DNA of 64,000 bases from positions 2,790,001 to 2,854,000 of the forward strand of contig MU054212.1 of assembly GCA_013239625.1 (NCBI GenBank), read 5' to 3'. Position numbers and translations under genes: made by a program. Source of the stretch: Lama guanicoe (Eukaryota). Every line of letters begins with the position of its first letter. The first letter of the stretch is position 1. Of the stretch, positions 12,061-25,500 are shown piece by piece. The notes under the pieces were generated by a model. It made no database searches. It was given only the letters and a program-made list of their open reading frames with translations, and was not told where the DNA came from.

Positions 12061-13218
12061 TTCGTGTTTTTAACTTCTTTTACATTTGGCTGTTTCCCCT
12101 TAATTTCTAAACATAATAAAATGATTTTTTGCAAGTTCACCCTAACTCACCACACACGTGACCCTGAGCGGGTTATTTAGGCTTTCTGAGCCACAGTTTC
12201 CTTGTCTGTAAAGTGGGGTCATAACACTGTTTTTTATAAGATTTTTTTCAGGTATTGTTTTGGGTAATAGTATCTTTTTCATAAGATTCTTTTGGGTATT
12301 TTTTTTTATTCCTTTCAAGGGTAAAAATTTTAGTTTTGAGGAACTTCATACTGAACATTTTCAAAGAAAGTCACATAAGAAAGCAAAAAAAATGTTATCT
12401 TCCTTTCATCCTTGAAATAAATAGGAAGGGCATAAAATTTATTTTAAAATCATGACACTTGGAAGTTTAGTGCCAGCATCCAAAATGAAGAGAAAAGGGG
12501 AAAAAAAGCATTTACTATATGTTTCGAAATTCTTTGGTTGGGGTTCTCTCTCTGTGGGGTCAGCATTTCCTCTGTCTATTCACATTACCGAAACAGTAAA
12601 AACCAGGAAAAAGATATTTCACATATCCATATGAATATATACCCAAATTATAATTTTTAGGTTTGTATGTTGAAGCACTTAGGATATTGCCTGGAATGTA
12701 ATAAACACTGTGCACATGTTTGCTATTATGTATATTATTACTGAACGGTTGTGAGGATTAAATGGGTCACACTCGATTCATAGCAGCACGTCTGTGATGC
12801 AAGAATTACACAAGGAGCGTGGATTTTGAGCCTCATTCTTATCACTCACACCCATTCTCATAAATATCATGTAAGCTCACTTGTCAACCTGGCATTAAAT
12901 TTTTTTTTTTTGCTGCAAGAATATGAGATGATATGAATAGATATGGTTCTCAAATATTCCAACTGAAAAAAATAGTCTCACCCTAATGTGCTGAGCCTGT
13001 ACCCTCCCTCTACAAATGCATTAGTAGGAATCGCTGGGGTAGAAAATATTTCTAATCTTTCTTGGTCTGTTGTCTTGGTAGAAGACAATAACTACAGCAA
13101 ATGGCTCGTGTTAAGGCATGCCATTGTCATGAAGTAAAAAGATAAAAAAGGATCTACATATTTCACTCTGCCATTTCCTTCTGGCTGCTGCCCTGGCTCT
13201 CTTCTCCTTCAGAAGTTC

Positions 13219-13309
13219 TTTTTTTTTTTTTTTTTTTTTTTTAAGAAGAACAGCTTTATTGCTTTGTCAGACAAAGGGAGTCACAGCCGGAGAATGCCTG
13301 AAAGACTGA
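13219..13309 (-). mobile_element. Short polyadenylated retroposed insert (LTR R-region-like) with 13-bp TSD
   Basis: 24-nt poly(T) at 13219-13242, minus-strand AATAAA at 13255-13260, TSD ccttcagaagttc (13206-13218) / ccttcacaagttc (13310-13322). Confidence 0.8.
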
Positions 13310-13399
13310 CCTTCACAAGTTCCTAAAAAGAATTATCTCCAATCACTGTCTTCCTTGCCTCTGATTCCCTTCTCAGCCTGCTGTGATCAGGATCGGGAT

Positions 13400-14730
13400 C
13401 CGAGCACTTCACAGTTGCTTCTCAGGGGTCAGCAGTGGCCTTGCCGTCACCAAGCCCGCTGGACCTTGCTCTGCTCCTGGACATGCTCGTTCTATCTCTG
13501 AAACTCTCCCTTCACCGCAGTTTCCCGCCCCACTTTACACTGGCTTTTCTTCACCCTCTTGGCTGTTCCTTCTGGATCTCCAACTACCTCTAAGAGTTGG
13601 TGGCCTTTCCAGGCAAGAGCCACTGCCCCTCCCACCCCCATGCCATCCCTGGGCCTCGTGGGCAATTTCTTGTGTCCATTCTTCCTGCCCCTAAGTCTGG
13701 ACATCTGATTGCCCACACGCACCCCTCCTGCCACATGCTGGAAACCGAACCCTGCTGAGAGTCCTCCTTACCTGCCCTACAAATGCAAGCTTCTTCCTGG
13801 CCTCCAGCCGTCTCTCTCCTACCGGTCCCCCACCATCTGGGAGCCTGGGGTCCAAACGTTGGAATCACTCTTGAATCTTTTCTCTCCTTCACCACCCACA
13901 TCAATTGCTCATCGAGCTCTGTCGTTTCTACCTTGAAATCTCTCATGAATTCACCCCTCTTCTACCCTCCAGTTGCTTTCAGGTACCCTGACTCCGTGAG
14001 ACCGCTGGAATAGTCTCCTGATTTATTTCTCAGTCTCGCCTCCACTTCCCTCTCCACTCTGCCACCAAAAAATAGTATTTCTTTAAAAAAACAGATCTAA
14101 TTGCATCACTCTTGGGCTTTAAAATGTCACTGATCCCTTGTCGCCTGTGGCTGGTTCCCACACAGGGCTCCTGGCCCTGGTCCCTGGAGGTAGGTTCCTG
14201 GGGCCCCACCCCAGGGAGTGTGAGTCAGGGGGTGGGGCCTGGATATCTGCAGTCAAAAGAGCTCCCTGCCTAACTTCCCCAGGGGGTCCTGGAAGCTCTC
14301 TTCCCTGCCCTGCTCCCGCCCCGCAGGGAAGGTGCTATTCTTAGCACACTGGCCTCCTGCTCGTTCAAGCCGCTGTGCTTTCCGGCCTCTCGCTCTGCTT
14401 TGCCAGGGCTGCTGTCTCTGCCTGAAACACCCTCTGCTTCCTACTCCCCCTCCCTTGTATTCCTGGCGGGGTCATGCTACAAGATTTTGCACTTGCCTGC
14501 AGCTCAGGGAAGCCCTCTCTGGCTCCCCTGGGATAAATGACTTGTCCCCTCCTCCATGTTCCCCGGCAGTCTGCACACAGCCTCGTCAGGGCATCTAGCA
14601 GCTCTGCTCACATCTGATCAGGCCACCTGCCTCTCTTGCGGGCTGCATCTCCTGCCCATGTCCCTGGTCCCAGCACAGTGCCTGGCACACCAGCCGCACC
14701 TTAATGCTCAGCCAACGAGGAAAAGAATGA
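13400..14730 (+). mobile_element. L2 LINE relic (fragmented)
   Basis: Pyrimidine-rich L2-type text (ttggaatcactcttga, tctgtcgtttctacctt, tccactctgccacc) ending in cacagtgcctggcac…gaatgaa. Confidence 0.55.
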
Positions 14731-15519
14731 ACCTCCCTCGTCCTTCCCTTTTCTTATTCCAAGCGCTGCTTGTCAGATGATGCCATGGGCAGTGCTGACA
14801 GTACAAACCCAGTGTTCTGAGTTTACAAGTGTTGCTTTACTTAGGTCTCCGAGTCTGTTTTGGTAAATTTTATTTCACTTCTTTCTTTCATTTCAGCAGC
14901 AGAAAATTAAGGAGAGATTGAGGAGGGGCAGCAGGAAGGAGAACTCAGAGCCTCCCAAGGGAGCCTTCTCAGCTCTGCCTCCTGCGGGGCTGTTTGGTTT
15001 GGGCCTATGAGAGCCCCCCGCTACTTCTCCGTAAAGAACGTCCAGCCTGAAAGCCCCACTGAGGTGCTTTTCCTGGTTGCTGGGAGTAACGTTCATTTCT
15101 TCAGCTGCCTTCTGGCCTAACTTTTGTGGCCTGGGGGCCTCATAGCCTGGGGGAGTCCGCAGCCAGGTGTCCTGCTGAGGGTGAAGGCTGGGGGAGAAAA
15201 GCCTTCTGGAAAGACAGATGTGGCGTCAGGCACTCACCTGGAGGGTGCATGCGCGTTCCCGGCGTGAATTTTTCTTCCCACCCGCGCTAGGGCCTTTTGC
15301 TAGGAGTTGACCTTAGTTTTATTTTCTTGTTCATAGGAATGCAAGAAAGTCTTCTGGAAAAATAAGATAGGTGAAAAGTGACGAGGAGGCTGAAAGTGAA
15401 GCATATGGGAACTTTGAGCGCCCACACAAAAGGGGGCTCTCTTAGCTTTAGTCAGAATAGGAGGAGGCAAAGTAACAGTGAACATTCCTCGAGCCCTGTT
15501 CTCTACCTGAAGGGACAGG

Positions 15520-15670
15520 CAGTTCATTCACGCAGATCCTCACAAGATCTCCACGGGGTAGCTAGTGCTGTTGCCTCCATGTTTTAGATGAGGACTCTGA
15601 GGCACAGAGAGGTTGCCTAACTTCCCCAAGGTCACAGAGCCAGTGAGCTGCGGGCAGGGATCTGAGCCCA
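15520..15670. mobile_element. MIR SINE relic
   Basis: ttttagatgaggactctgaggcacagagaggttgcctaacttccccaaggtcacagagccagtgag. Confidence 0.7.
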
Positions 15671-18600
15671 CACTGGTATCCACCACATGGGGCTCCTTAG
15701 GGCAGGAAGGAGGGAGAGATCTGCTGCTGAAGGTGTCAGGGCAGCATTGCTCGTGGCCGAGAAGGCGGATCCACCTCACTGCTCTTTTGTTCCTACCTTT
15801 CCGATCTCAGAGAACGGACTTCAAATAGGAAGGAATAAAACAAACCCAGTAAGGGAGGACCTGGACCTCAGGATTGGTGCAGAGCGTGGGCTGGCATGAA
15901 TTTAAGTCTCTTGGCTTAGATGAAATACAATTCCAGGTAAGGAAAGGACTGGGAGTTGTGTTAACTAGTGAGATTTCCTAGAGAAAGTGGGGGGCGATGG
16001 GGGATCCAAAATCAGTAAGCATTCCCACTATCAAAAAGGATCCGAAAATAAACTGTTAGTGGCACCTTTTCTCAATTATGTATTAGGTAGGATTTCTTAA
16101 TTGCAAATAACACAAGGCAATTTAACCAGCTTACCTGAACATGGAATAATAGAGCATTTTATGAGGATACAGCTCAGTCTCACAGAAGGGATGGCAGCAA
16201 TGCACCAGGCGTCAGGAGGGAACCAGAACCAGGGAATCAGTTGCTGTCATTGCTGCTTCTGCTGTACATTTGCCTCTGAATTTACTCTCAAATGTGAACT
16301 TGGCGACCCGCGTGGCCCAGGTTGGTAGTTTCTCTTATCAAGAGCCCAGAATGATCGAGATCAGAGTCTCTCGGACCCACTAATACCTTCTCAGGAAAGG
16401 GGCCCTGGACTGATGAATGAGGGAGGGTCCTGGCTAGACTGAGCTGCTCCACCTTTGGTGGGAAGGGAGGATAGTTGCAGAGAGGATGTGTGTGTATGTG
16501 GTCAGTGCACAGGGAATTGGGTGGGGGACAGGTAGGGAACTGTTCTCAGGTGACAGGATGTCTAAACCGATATCCAAATGCCTCACAGGCCTGTGAGGTC
16601 ATAGCCGTTGACCCACGAGTCAGGGACTGGCGTCATCCCGGAGAGAGAACTTGGATGGCGTGCTTCAGTTGGACAAGTACGCCCGTAGCTTGGAGGAGGA
16701 TGGACAGGCCATGCTCACACAGAAGTCTCAGACGACTCACAGCTGGATGGAGAGTGAACAGCTTCCTAGAGGACAGGATGCAAGATTCCCAAGGTGCCCG
16801 AGAGGCAGGAATGAAGGACAGACACCAACTCTGTGAAATTCCACTGGGACTAATGGTAAGTTCTTCATCCAGTTGCAAACGATCAGCTTCTTAAGAGACA
16901 CGGGATACCTGGCCTGATGGAAGGCGAGCTCAGGGCGGTGTCTGTTTCTTGGGCCGCACTAAGTTGGGCACAGTGTTCACATGAAAATGGGGCTGCCTGA
17001 CCTGGTGAGGAAAGTTGGAAAGGGTGGAGCCAATGCCTTTCTTCAAACAGCAGGGGCCAGTGGACCAAGGTGAAGGTGATCCAGGTAACAAGGGCACCTT
17101 GCATCGGACCACATTGAGCTCCCCATAACGGCGGCCACTTACCCTTGTGCAGGGTTTTGCTGTTTCACATTCTCTTCATTTGTTCCCCACACAGCCTTTG
17201 GTAGAGTTGAGACAGTTGGAGACATGCTCTTGTTACAGTCAAAGAAACTGCACAGCTAAAGAAAGAGCATTTAAATGACCTGCCCAAGGTCACACAGCTC
17301 ACGAGCGGCAGACCTGAGGCTGGAGCCCTGGTGTCCTGGTTCCCCGTCTGATGGACCCCCCCGAGCTTCCTATGATCAAGGTGTTGAAGGAGAAGCTGGA
17401 GGAGCATGGCAGGTGTGCTGTGGAGGTGAGTCCTTCCGAGCCCCAGGTCTGAGCGTCTGTGATCGTGAGGCTGCCCCATGCTGGACGTCAGATTCTGTGG
17501 CAAACTGTGTCCGTCAGCGTGCAGGTGGTAGGAGGCTGCAAGCAGCTGATGCTCTCACATCCCCCGGCAGCCACCCAGCAAACACCAGCACGGCTGCGAG
17601 CGGAATGTTCGCTGTGAGGGCTGGAAGACAGTGCTCTCCCTGACTTCTGCGTTGCACCATTTTTTTTTCAATGAATTATGTCATTTATTCAAAAGGATGA
17701 TTTAGTGAAATAGCTGCTTCTGCCTTCTGGAGCCATGTGTCTGCTGTCAGGGCTTCACTTCAAGCACTATTACTTCTGAATTAATTGCAGAATCAAGCTT
17801 TCGTTTATCTGAGACTTCCTAATTGGTGGGAGCGGCAAATCAGACACATTCAGTGTGGGTTAGAAAGTGCTCGGCAGGAGGACAGCTAAATGTGACATGT
17901 GAGCCTTGACTGTTTCCAGAACTGCAAACCAGCCAAAAGGATTCTAGAGGAAATGATTGGGACGAATGGGGAAATCTGAATACTGACCCTCTGTGCACGT
18001 GGGTGTGTGGGTATGAGCCATTATCGCATCAGTGTTAAATTCCTTGAGCATTATGTAGGAGTGTGTTTTTCTCTTAGGAGACTTCGTGCTGCTGTACTTT
18101 GGTGTAGACTGTCAGGATGGTTGCAGTTTATCTTTAAGTGGTTCATCAAAAACCATGCACACAGTGTGAAAAACGGGAAGAGCAGGTGTGGCAAAATGTT
18201 AACAGCTGGTGAATCTAAGTGAAGGGTGTAGGGTTGTATTTGTCCGGGTGTTTGGACTTCTCTGTAGGTTTGAATATTTTCAAATGAAAGCGGAGGCAAA
18301 GGTGGTTAACACTGAAATAAAGGCAAGTTTCAAGAAATATTTTTTACTTTATTGTAAGTCTTAAAGTGAAAAGCTCCAGGGGTAAGTAGGCAAGTTGAGG
18401 CAAACCATGTTACCTCTTTTCTTTTCTTAGCCGTGTAAAGCCAGTAAGCCACAGAAGAAAACAAAGGCTATTTTGTGTGGTAGATGAATTCATTTATCAG
18501 CGCATTCAGACTGGAGAGGCAGAGGGAAAGATCAGACTGTTTAAGTTTCTTTTCTCCATCCCTAGTCCATCGCTCTGATTAACCCTATAGTTACTCCCCG

Positions 18601-19109
18601 ATGCTTGTAAGAATGGGAGGCAGCCCTCCCTGAAACTAATAAAGCCAGATTCCAGCATGGTCTTGCACATAAAGCATCTTTGAAATACAAGCCATGATTA
18701 TTTTGTGATTTTTTTTGGCCACTACTCTTAGTTTGAAAGAAGTATAGAGTTTAAGAATCTATTTTTTTTAATTATCTTAATTTTGAAAGTCAGATAATTT
18801 GCCAAGCAAAAAAGTAATTAAAAGATTACAATTCATTTAGAGAGGAACAAAATATAATATTTTTTACATAGAAGTGTGGCTGAGAAGTGTTTGGGTTGCA
18901 AATGTGTCATTTGGAGGATATTAAACTTGTTAGAGGTACTTTTATGGGCCCAGGAAAATTTTACACAAGCCTTGCACAACCAGTTTGTCAATCTGGTGTG
19001 CCTCTCGGAACCCTGGAGAGTCCACGGGATCCGAGCGTGACAGGTGGCCAAACGTGGCTGGAAGCTGGGCTCCTCCGCTGAGTGCTCTTAGGCCCATCCC
19101 TGATATCGA

Positions 19110-22100
19110 CTGTTCGTGTCCTCTCACTTCTTCCCCCTCATCAGTCTAGCCAGGTGTGTCAATGTTACTGATTTTCTTGAAGAACGAGCTTTTGATTTCA
19201 TTGTTTTTCTCTATTTCTTCTTTTTTTTTAAATTGATTTTTATTCTGGTCTTTATTATTTTTGCTCTTCTGTTTACTTTGGATTTCATTCGCTCTTCATT
19301 TTCTTAAGGTGGAAGCTGGGGTCATTTATTGGAAACCCTTCTTCTTTTCTCATATAGACGTTTAGTGTTAAAATTTTCCCCAAGTAGTGCATTAGCAGAA
19401 TCCCACACATTTTGGTATGTTGTATTTTCATTTTCATTTAGTTTAAAATACTTTCTTTTTTCTTTGAATTGAAGTTCAGCTGATTTACAGTGTTGGGTTA
19501 GTTTCTGGTATACAGCATAGTGATTCAGTTATACACAGTCATACACACATACATATTCTTTTTCATTATAAGTTGTTACAAGATATTGAATGTAGTTCCA
19601 TGTGCTGTATATTAGGACCTTGTTGTTTATCTGTTTTATATATAGTATTTTGTATCTGCTAATCTCAAACTTCTAATTTATCCCTCCCCCCACCTTTCCC
19701 CTTTGGTAACCATAAATTTGTTTTCTATGTGAGTTTCTTTCTGTTTTACAAATAAGTCTATTTGTACCATTCAAAATACCTTCTAACTGCCGTTCTGATT
19801 TCTTCTTTGACCTATGAGTTGTTTAGAAATGTATTATTTAGCTTTCAAATATTTGGGGATTTTCTAGAGGACTTTCTGTTATTTCTTTCTAATTTAATCC
19901 CATTGTGGTTAGAGAACATTCTTTGTATGACTTAACTCATTTCTGTCTTATCTGTTAGGGTTGTTCAAGCTGACTCCATCATTACTAATTTTCTGTCTAC
20001 TTTCTCTATCAATTCTTAAAAGATCTGTGTTGAAATCTCTTCAATAATTATCATTTGCCTGTATGTCTTAGCAATTACATCAGTTCTTGTTTCTATTCTA
20101 TTCTGTTCTAAATACTGTCATTATGTGCCCCCTCAAAAGGCTAGAAGTGTGTCTTCTTGACCTCTTTATAATTAAGAAATGACTTTTTTTTTTATCCCTA
20201 GTAATGTTCTCTGCTCTGAAATCTAGTTTGCCTGATATTAATATACTACCTCTACTTTCTTTTGACTGGTGTTAGTATGGTGTTTTTACTCCATCCTTTT
20301 ACTTTTAACCTTTTTTTTTTTTTGTATTGAAAGTGGTTTTCCAATAGGAAGCATATATTTGGGTGTTATATTTTCATCTGCTCTGACAACCTTTGTCTCT
20401 TAATTGAGGTGTTAGGCCATTTACATAAAACGTGATTATTGATATGGCTTAATTCTATTTGGAGGCTCTGTTTTTATTTATTCCATCAAACTTTGTTTGC
20501 TTTTCTTCTTTTTTCTGCTTTTTTCTTTGATAAAATGAATATTTTTAATGAATTTGTTTTATCCCCCTGGGCTTATCGGTTATAACTCTTTGTTGCATTG
20601 ATTCAGTGGCAGTTTTAGTGTCATTGTATCATCTTTCACATATCACGGTCTGCCTGTGAGTGACATACATCACCTGACAGATAGTCCAGTGATGTGAGAA
20701 TCGTAGATCTCTATTTCTCTCTTCTTTGTGCTGTTATCATACATTTTACTTCTACATATGCTAAAAATGCACAGTGCAGTCCATTATTTCTGCTTTAAAC
20801 AATTACCTTTTAAAACTAAACAGTAAAAAATACAGCCTTTTATGTTTACCTGAGTAGTTACCATATCTGGTGCTCTTCCGTCTTCATATAGATGCAGGTA
20901 TCACTTCCCTTCTGCCTGAAGGACTTCCTTCAACATTTTTTTTGGTAGAGAGGTCTGCTGGTGATGAATTCTTTTAACCTTTGTATGTCTGGGAAAAATC
21001 TTCATTTGGCCATTGTTTTTGAAAGATATTTTTACTGGGTATAGAAATTCAGGTTGACAGCTTTTGTCTTTCAGGACTTTAAAGTTGTTACTCCAGTGTC
21101 TTCTGGCTTCCATTGTTTCTGACAAGAATTTTGCTAGCATCCTTATCTTTCTTCTTCTGTTTATAATATGTCTTAGCTCCTTCCTCATGGCCGCTTTTAA
21201 GGTTTTTTATCACGATTTTTAAGCAGTTTGCCTATGAAGTGACTTGGTATGTTTGTCTTCGTGTTTCTTTTCCTCAGAGTTCACTGAACTCCTTGGATCT
21301 GTGGGTTGATAGTCACCTTCAAATCTGGAAGATATTCAACCATTGTTTCTTCAAATATTTTTCTGTTTCTCTCCCCACACTCTTGAAAGAGACTCCAATT
21401 ACATGTATATTAGGCCATTTGAGGTTGTCCCACAGCTCAGCAATGATCTGTTCATTTTGTTTCAGCCTTTTTAAAAAAAAAAAAATCTGTGCTTTATTTT
21501 GATAGTTTCTATTGCTATACCTTGAAGTTCACTAATTTTTTTCTTCTCTAATGTGTAATCTGCTATTAACTCTATCAGGTTTATTTTTTAGGCATTATAA
21601 TGTTTATTTCTAGAAATTTGATTTTGTTCTCTTTTTTACTTCCTATGTCACCAGTTAACATGTTCAGTCTTCACTTTAGCTCCTTAGAATATAGTTTAAC
21701 AGCTGTTTTAATGTCTTTGTCAACTAATTCTATCATCTTTGTCATCTCCAGTTTGGTTTGGATACATTGATTTTTTTTCTTCCTATGGGTTAAATTTTCC
21801 TGCTTCTTTGCATGCCTGGTAATTTTTTATTAGATGCCGGATATTGTGAATTTTACCTTGTTGGGTGCTGGATATATCTGTATTCCTATAAATATTCTTG
21901 AACTTTGTTTTAGCATGAGGTTGAGTTACATGGAAATAGTTTGATCCCTTTGGGATTTGCTTTTAAGCTCCGTTAGGTGAGATCAGAGCTATGTTTAGTG
22001 TAGGACTAGTTTTTTCCTACCACTAGGGCATTCTGAGTATTCTAGCCAATGCCCCATTAACTACAAGGTTTTCCACTCTGACTGGTGGGAATAGGAACTG

Positions 22101-22560
22101 TTGCTGTCCCTGTGTGAGCAGTAGTTTTAATAATCCTTCTACATTGTTCTTTGCCTAGCCTTGGGCAGTTTCCTCAGCCACATGCACTGATCAGTACTCA
22201 TCTGAATTCTCCAGGAAGACCCTCTTCAGTTCTTTGGTCTTCCTCTGTGTATGCAGCTCTCTCCTCTCTGCTCTACGGACCCTAGATGACTTGGCTTCCC
22301 TGGACTGCTAGTTATGTCTCTAAACTCAGGGAGACCACTGGCTTCTGTCTGGGTTTCCCTCCCCTGCACATGCCTGGCAGTTAGTCTGGGCAACTGTAGG
22401 GACTCACCGTCCTTGTTATCCACTTCACAGACGTCACTGCCCTCTGTTGCCTGATATCCAATGTCTTGGAAACCATTGTTTCATGTATTTTGTCCAGTTT
22501 TTCAGTTGTTTCAGGCGGGAGAGTAGATCTGTTATTCCATACTGGTCACATGTGGAAGTC
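19110..22560 (-). mobile_element. Old L1M element: 5'UTR, degenerate ORF1 and start of ORF2
   Basis: The 20901-21188(-) ORF reads IRMLAKFLSETMEARRHWSNNFKVLKDKSCQPEFLYPVKISFK, matching the L1 ORF1p C-terminal motif. The plus strand is T-rich as expected for antisense L1. Confidence 0.85.
19457..19769 (-). mobile_element. Younger artiodactyl-type L1 3' end nested in the old L1
   Basis: attgaagt…gatttacagtgttgggttagtttctggtatacagcatagtgattcagttatac…cccctttggtaaccataaatttg. TSD tttaaaatactttct (19442-19456) / ttcaaaataccttct (19770-19784). Confidence 0.8.
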
Positions 22561-25500
22561 CTCCATGATTTTTAATTGGGCAAAATCCAAAGGACACATT
22601 TAAAAACCTACAGTGCTTGAGCGATTTAATATTACTAGTAAAGGATTCCTTATTGTAGGCTGGTTACTTTACATATAATTTTCATTTAGTCTAGTGTTTA
22701 TGAGGACTAACTCCCCAAGTGATAGGGTTAGTAACGTGAAACACACACTCTTCCTTGCTCTAGGAGTAATAGACGCCATTTGTTACTTCATTTGTCATCA
22801 ACAAACATTTCTTTAGCACCCACTCGGTGTGACATAAATATAAATAAGTCAGATTTCTCCCACTGAAGATCTTAAGTTTGGCCATTAGATGTAGACTTGT
22901 ACATAAATATTTCAATATTATGTGGTAAGGGCCATAATAAAAGTACAAATAGGGTGCTTCAGGACCTTAGAGAAGGATTGCCCAGCTGAGAGCCACATGG
23001 GAAGGTGGCAAATAGGTAAAGGGAATCTTCAAGGATGACTGGATAAGCATCTTCCAAATAGGGGGATAAGCATCTTCCAAAGCAGGGAGACATGACACAT
23101 GGGGGAGCTAAAAGCTCCCGCACTCATGCAGGAGACCAGGGGTGGCTGACCACAGATGAGGCCGAGAGTAGAACTAGGAGTCTTGGATGCCACACTGAGG
23201 AAATGAGATGACTCTGAAAGCAACGAGGAAATACTGTTGGGCCTTTAACCGGGGAATGAGAGGCCACAATGTAGAAGATGCATTTTAGGGATGACAGCCC
23301 CATTCCTGGCAGAGAAACTGATTCAGTTCTTACGGCAATAGTACACTTAAGCGGAGCTGGTACTGAGATGCTGAGAAGTGGCAGTAAGGACGGAAGAGGA
23401 GGGCCTGGTGTGAGGACGGCTTGGGAGATGCTTGCGGTGTTTACCACCTGCTTTGTCACTATTGTTGGTGTAGGTAAGCCATTTCCTTTGCATATGCTTA
23501 ATATTAACACAAAAGCTTTTAGTGATGGTATAGAAGTATTTTGATCTATCACTTGACTATTTTTGCTTGGAGGAAAAGATCCGACGAATGGGCAGGGAGA
23601 TGGAGGGTGGTTAATGAAGACGGGACAGAGGCAAAAAGCTATCGGAAGGAAGGATTTGGGGGTGGGTATGTAGTTCCCCAACTCTGCAGCTGTGGGAAAT
23701 AACTCTGATTTTGAAAGTATAATGGCAGTAGGGAAAAGATTTTATCTGTCCATGTTCGGTTGTAGAAATACATCTACTCTGCTTAAAGTAAGAGATATAA
23801 CTGAATTATTTTGACAAATACGCAACCTATTTAACAGAATTCCAAATTTTCTGGTATTTGCATATAGCAAGAAACCACATGTTTGAGACAATGACTATAG
23901 GACAACAATATCTGACATAATACAATACCATTTTACATAAAAAGCAATAATGGATGCAGCACTTAAATTTTAAGGCCCACAAGCGGTCCACCTCCCCCCA
24001 TCTCCTCTTGCCAATCCAGCTGCCCATTCCTGCTGACTGACAGGAAAACGGGCTGCACCACGTAGATCAATCAAGTTGCAGATTTTTAAATGACTTTCTG
24101 AAGCCTCCTCAGACTGGATTTAAGCAACTACTGGTCTTGCTGCTTTTCCAACTGATGTGAGACTTCTGTGACAAGGATTTGGTCTTCGGTTTCCAGATCA
24201 GGCTTTCTGAGTCAAGTTCCAGAGTTTGAATAGCATGCGCAGCAAGTGTTCTTCTGACTGTTCCAGTCCTGTTAGCCAACAGTATAATTTAACACCTGTA
24301 CTATCTGTTCCTTACTCTGACAAGCATGATCTGATAGACAGACTGGGAGGAGTGATGAGGGGTGATGAAACGCTGAGTTTCACACTGAGAGGGAGAGGGG
24401 AAGGAGAGACCCGAGGGGTGGGGAGAGAGACAGAATGAACTTGAAGTTGTGTGAAATACAGGCACGTTGAGCTCTCTGAATCTCGTGTATGTCAACGCAC
24501 CTGAAAAAGAGTTTCCTGTTAAAATGATTAGGGTTATAGATTTACACACCCCTTCACATTCTGAAGGTCTAAAAATTATCATTTACATTTCAAAGAATCT
24601 CACCCAAATGAAAATATATGGGAAACGCTGGACTCCTGCCCACCTGGAGTGAGCTGTGGTTACAGGTGGGAGGTGCTGCTGGCATTAGCTCCTGCGCTGT
24701 AGGGTTTCTGTTCGCTCAAGCCTCTGATAGCTCTTTAAGAGGCGGTGAAAGGTTCTGTAGCTGGTAGACTATTTCCACAGGATCTACCTAATTAGGAAAG
24801 GATGGGGGCCCTCAGATTAAATTTCAGTTAAGTACTTCCCCACTCCCACTGACGCCATTTGAAGTATTCAATCCGGCCTTCAAAAGAATGGGAGAAGCCC
24901 ACTGTTGTTTAATAAACATCAACCAAGTTATAAAAAGGCAAGTGACAAAAGCCCCCCAGAGGGTTCTCATCTGCTCTTGGCCTGGGCTGACGAGGACATC
25001 GATAGTACCCAGCATTTTCCAACCTTCCCTGATGGGAGACCCACCTAGAAGAGCATTGTTAACATGCAGCCCCCCAGGCTCTTTGCTCGGAGACTGTGAT
25101 TCAGGGCATCTGTGGGGAGATGTGGTCCAGAGGCAGGTGGTGGAACTGGAACCTATAACTTTAACAGATGCCTTCTGTGTGTCTTAAGAATGGGCACGTC
25201 TGGGGACCCCTGACGTAACCAATGTAAACCTTTATTGAGAAGAGAGCTGCTTGACAGTTACAATGTCAGAGATGACACGTCTTCTCCAGGCTTGGTAATC
25301 CTTACCCTATAGCCAGCGACACTTCTGCAGCGACAGTTTTGTCCAGTGTCTTTATAAGGAAGCTGGCTGAAGTTGCCAATGACAGAGTAAAACCATTTTT
25401 TGCATGAGTTAGAAAACCAGAAAGAGTTGAGTCCAAGGTATTAATCAAATATGTGTGTACGTGTTGTGGACTCCGGCAAATTTTTTGTGACATACCAATG

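Noticed and set aside
20901..21188. ORF as a functional gene
   Set aside because: It is a decayed L1 ORF1 fragment that drifts out of frame.
23124..23681. 185-aa minus-strand ORF
   Set aside because: Overlaps L2-like relic sequence; no domain recognised.
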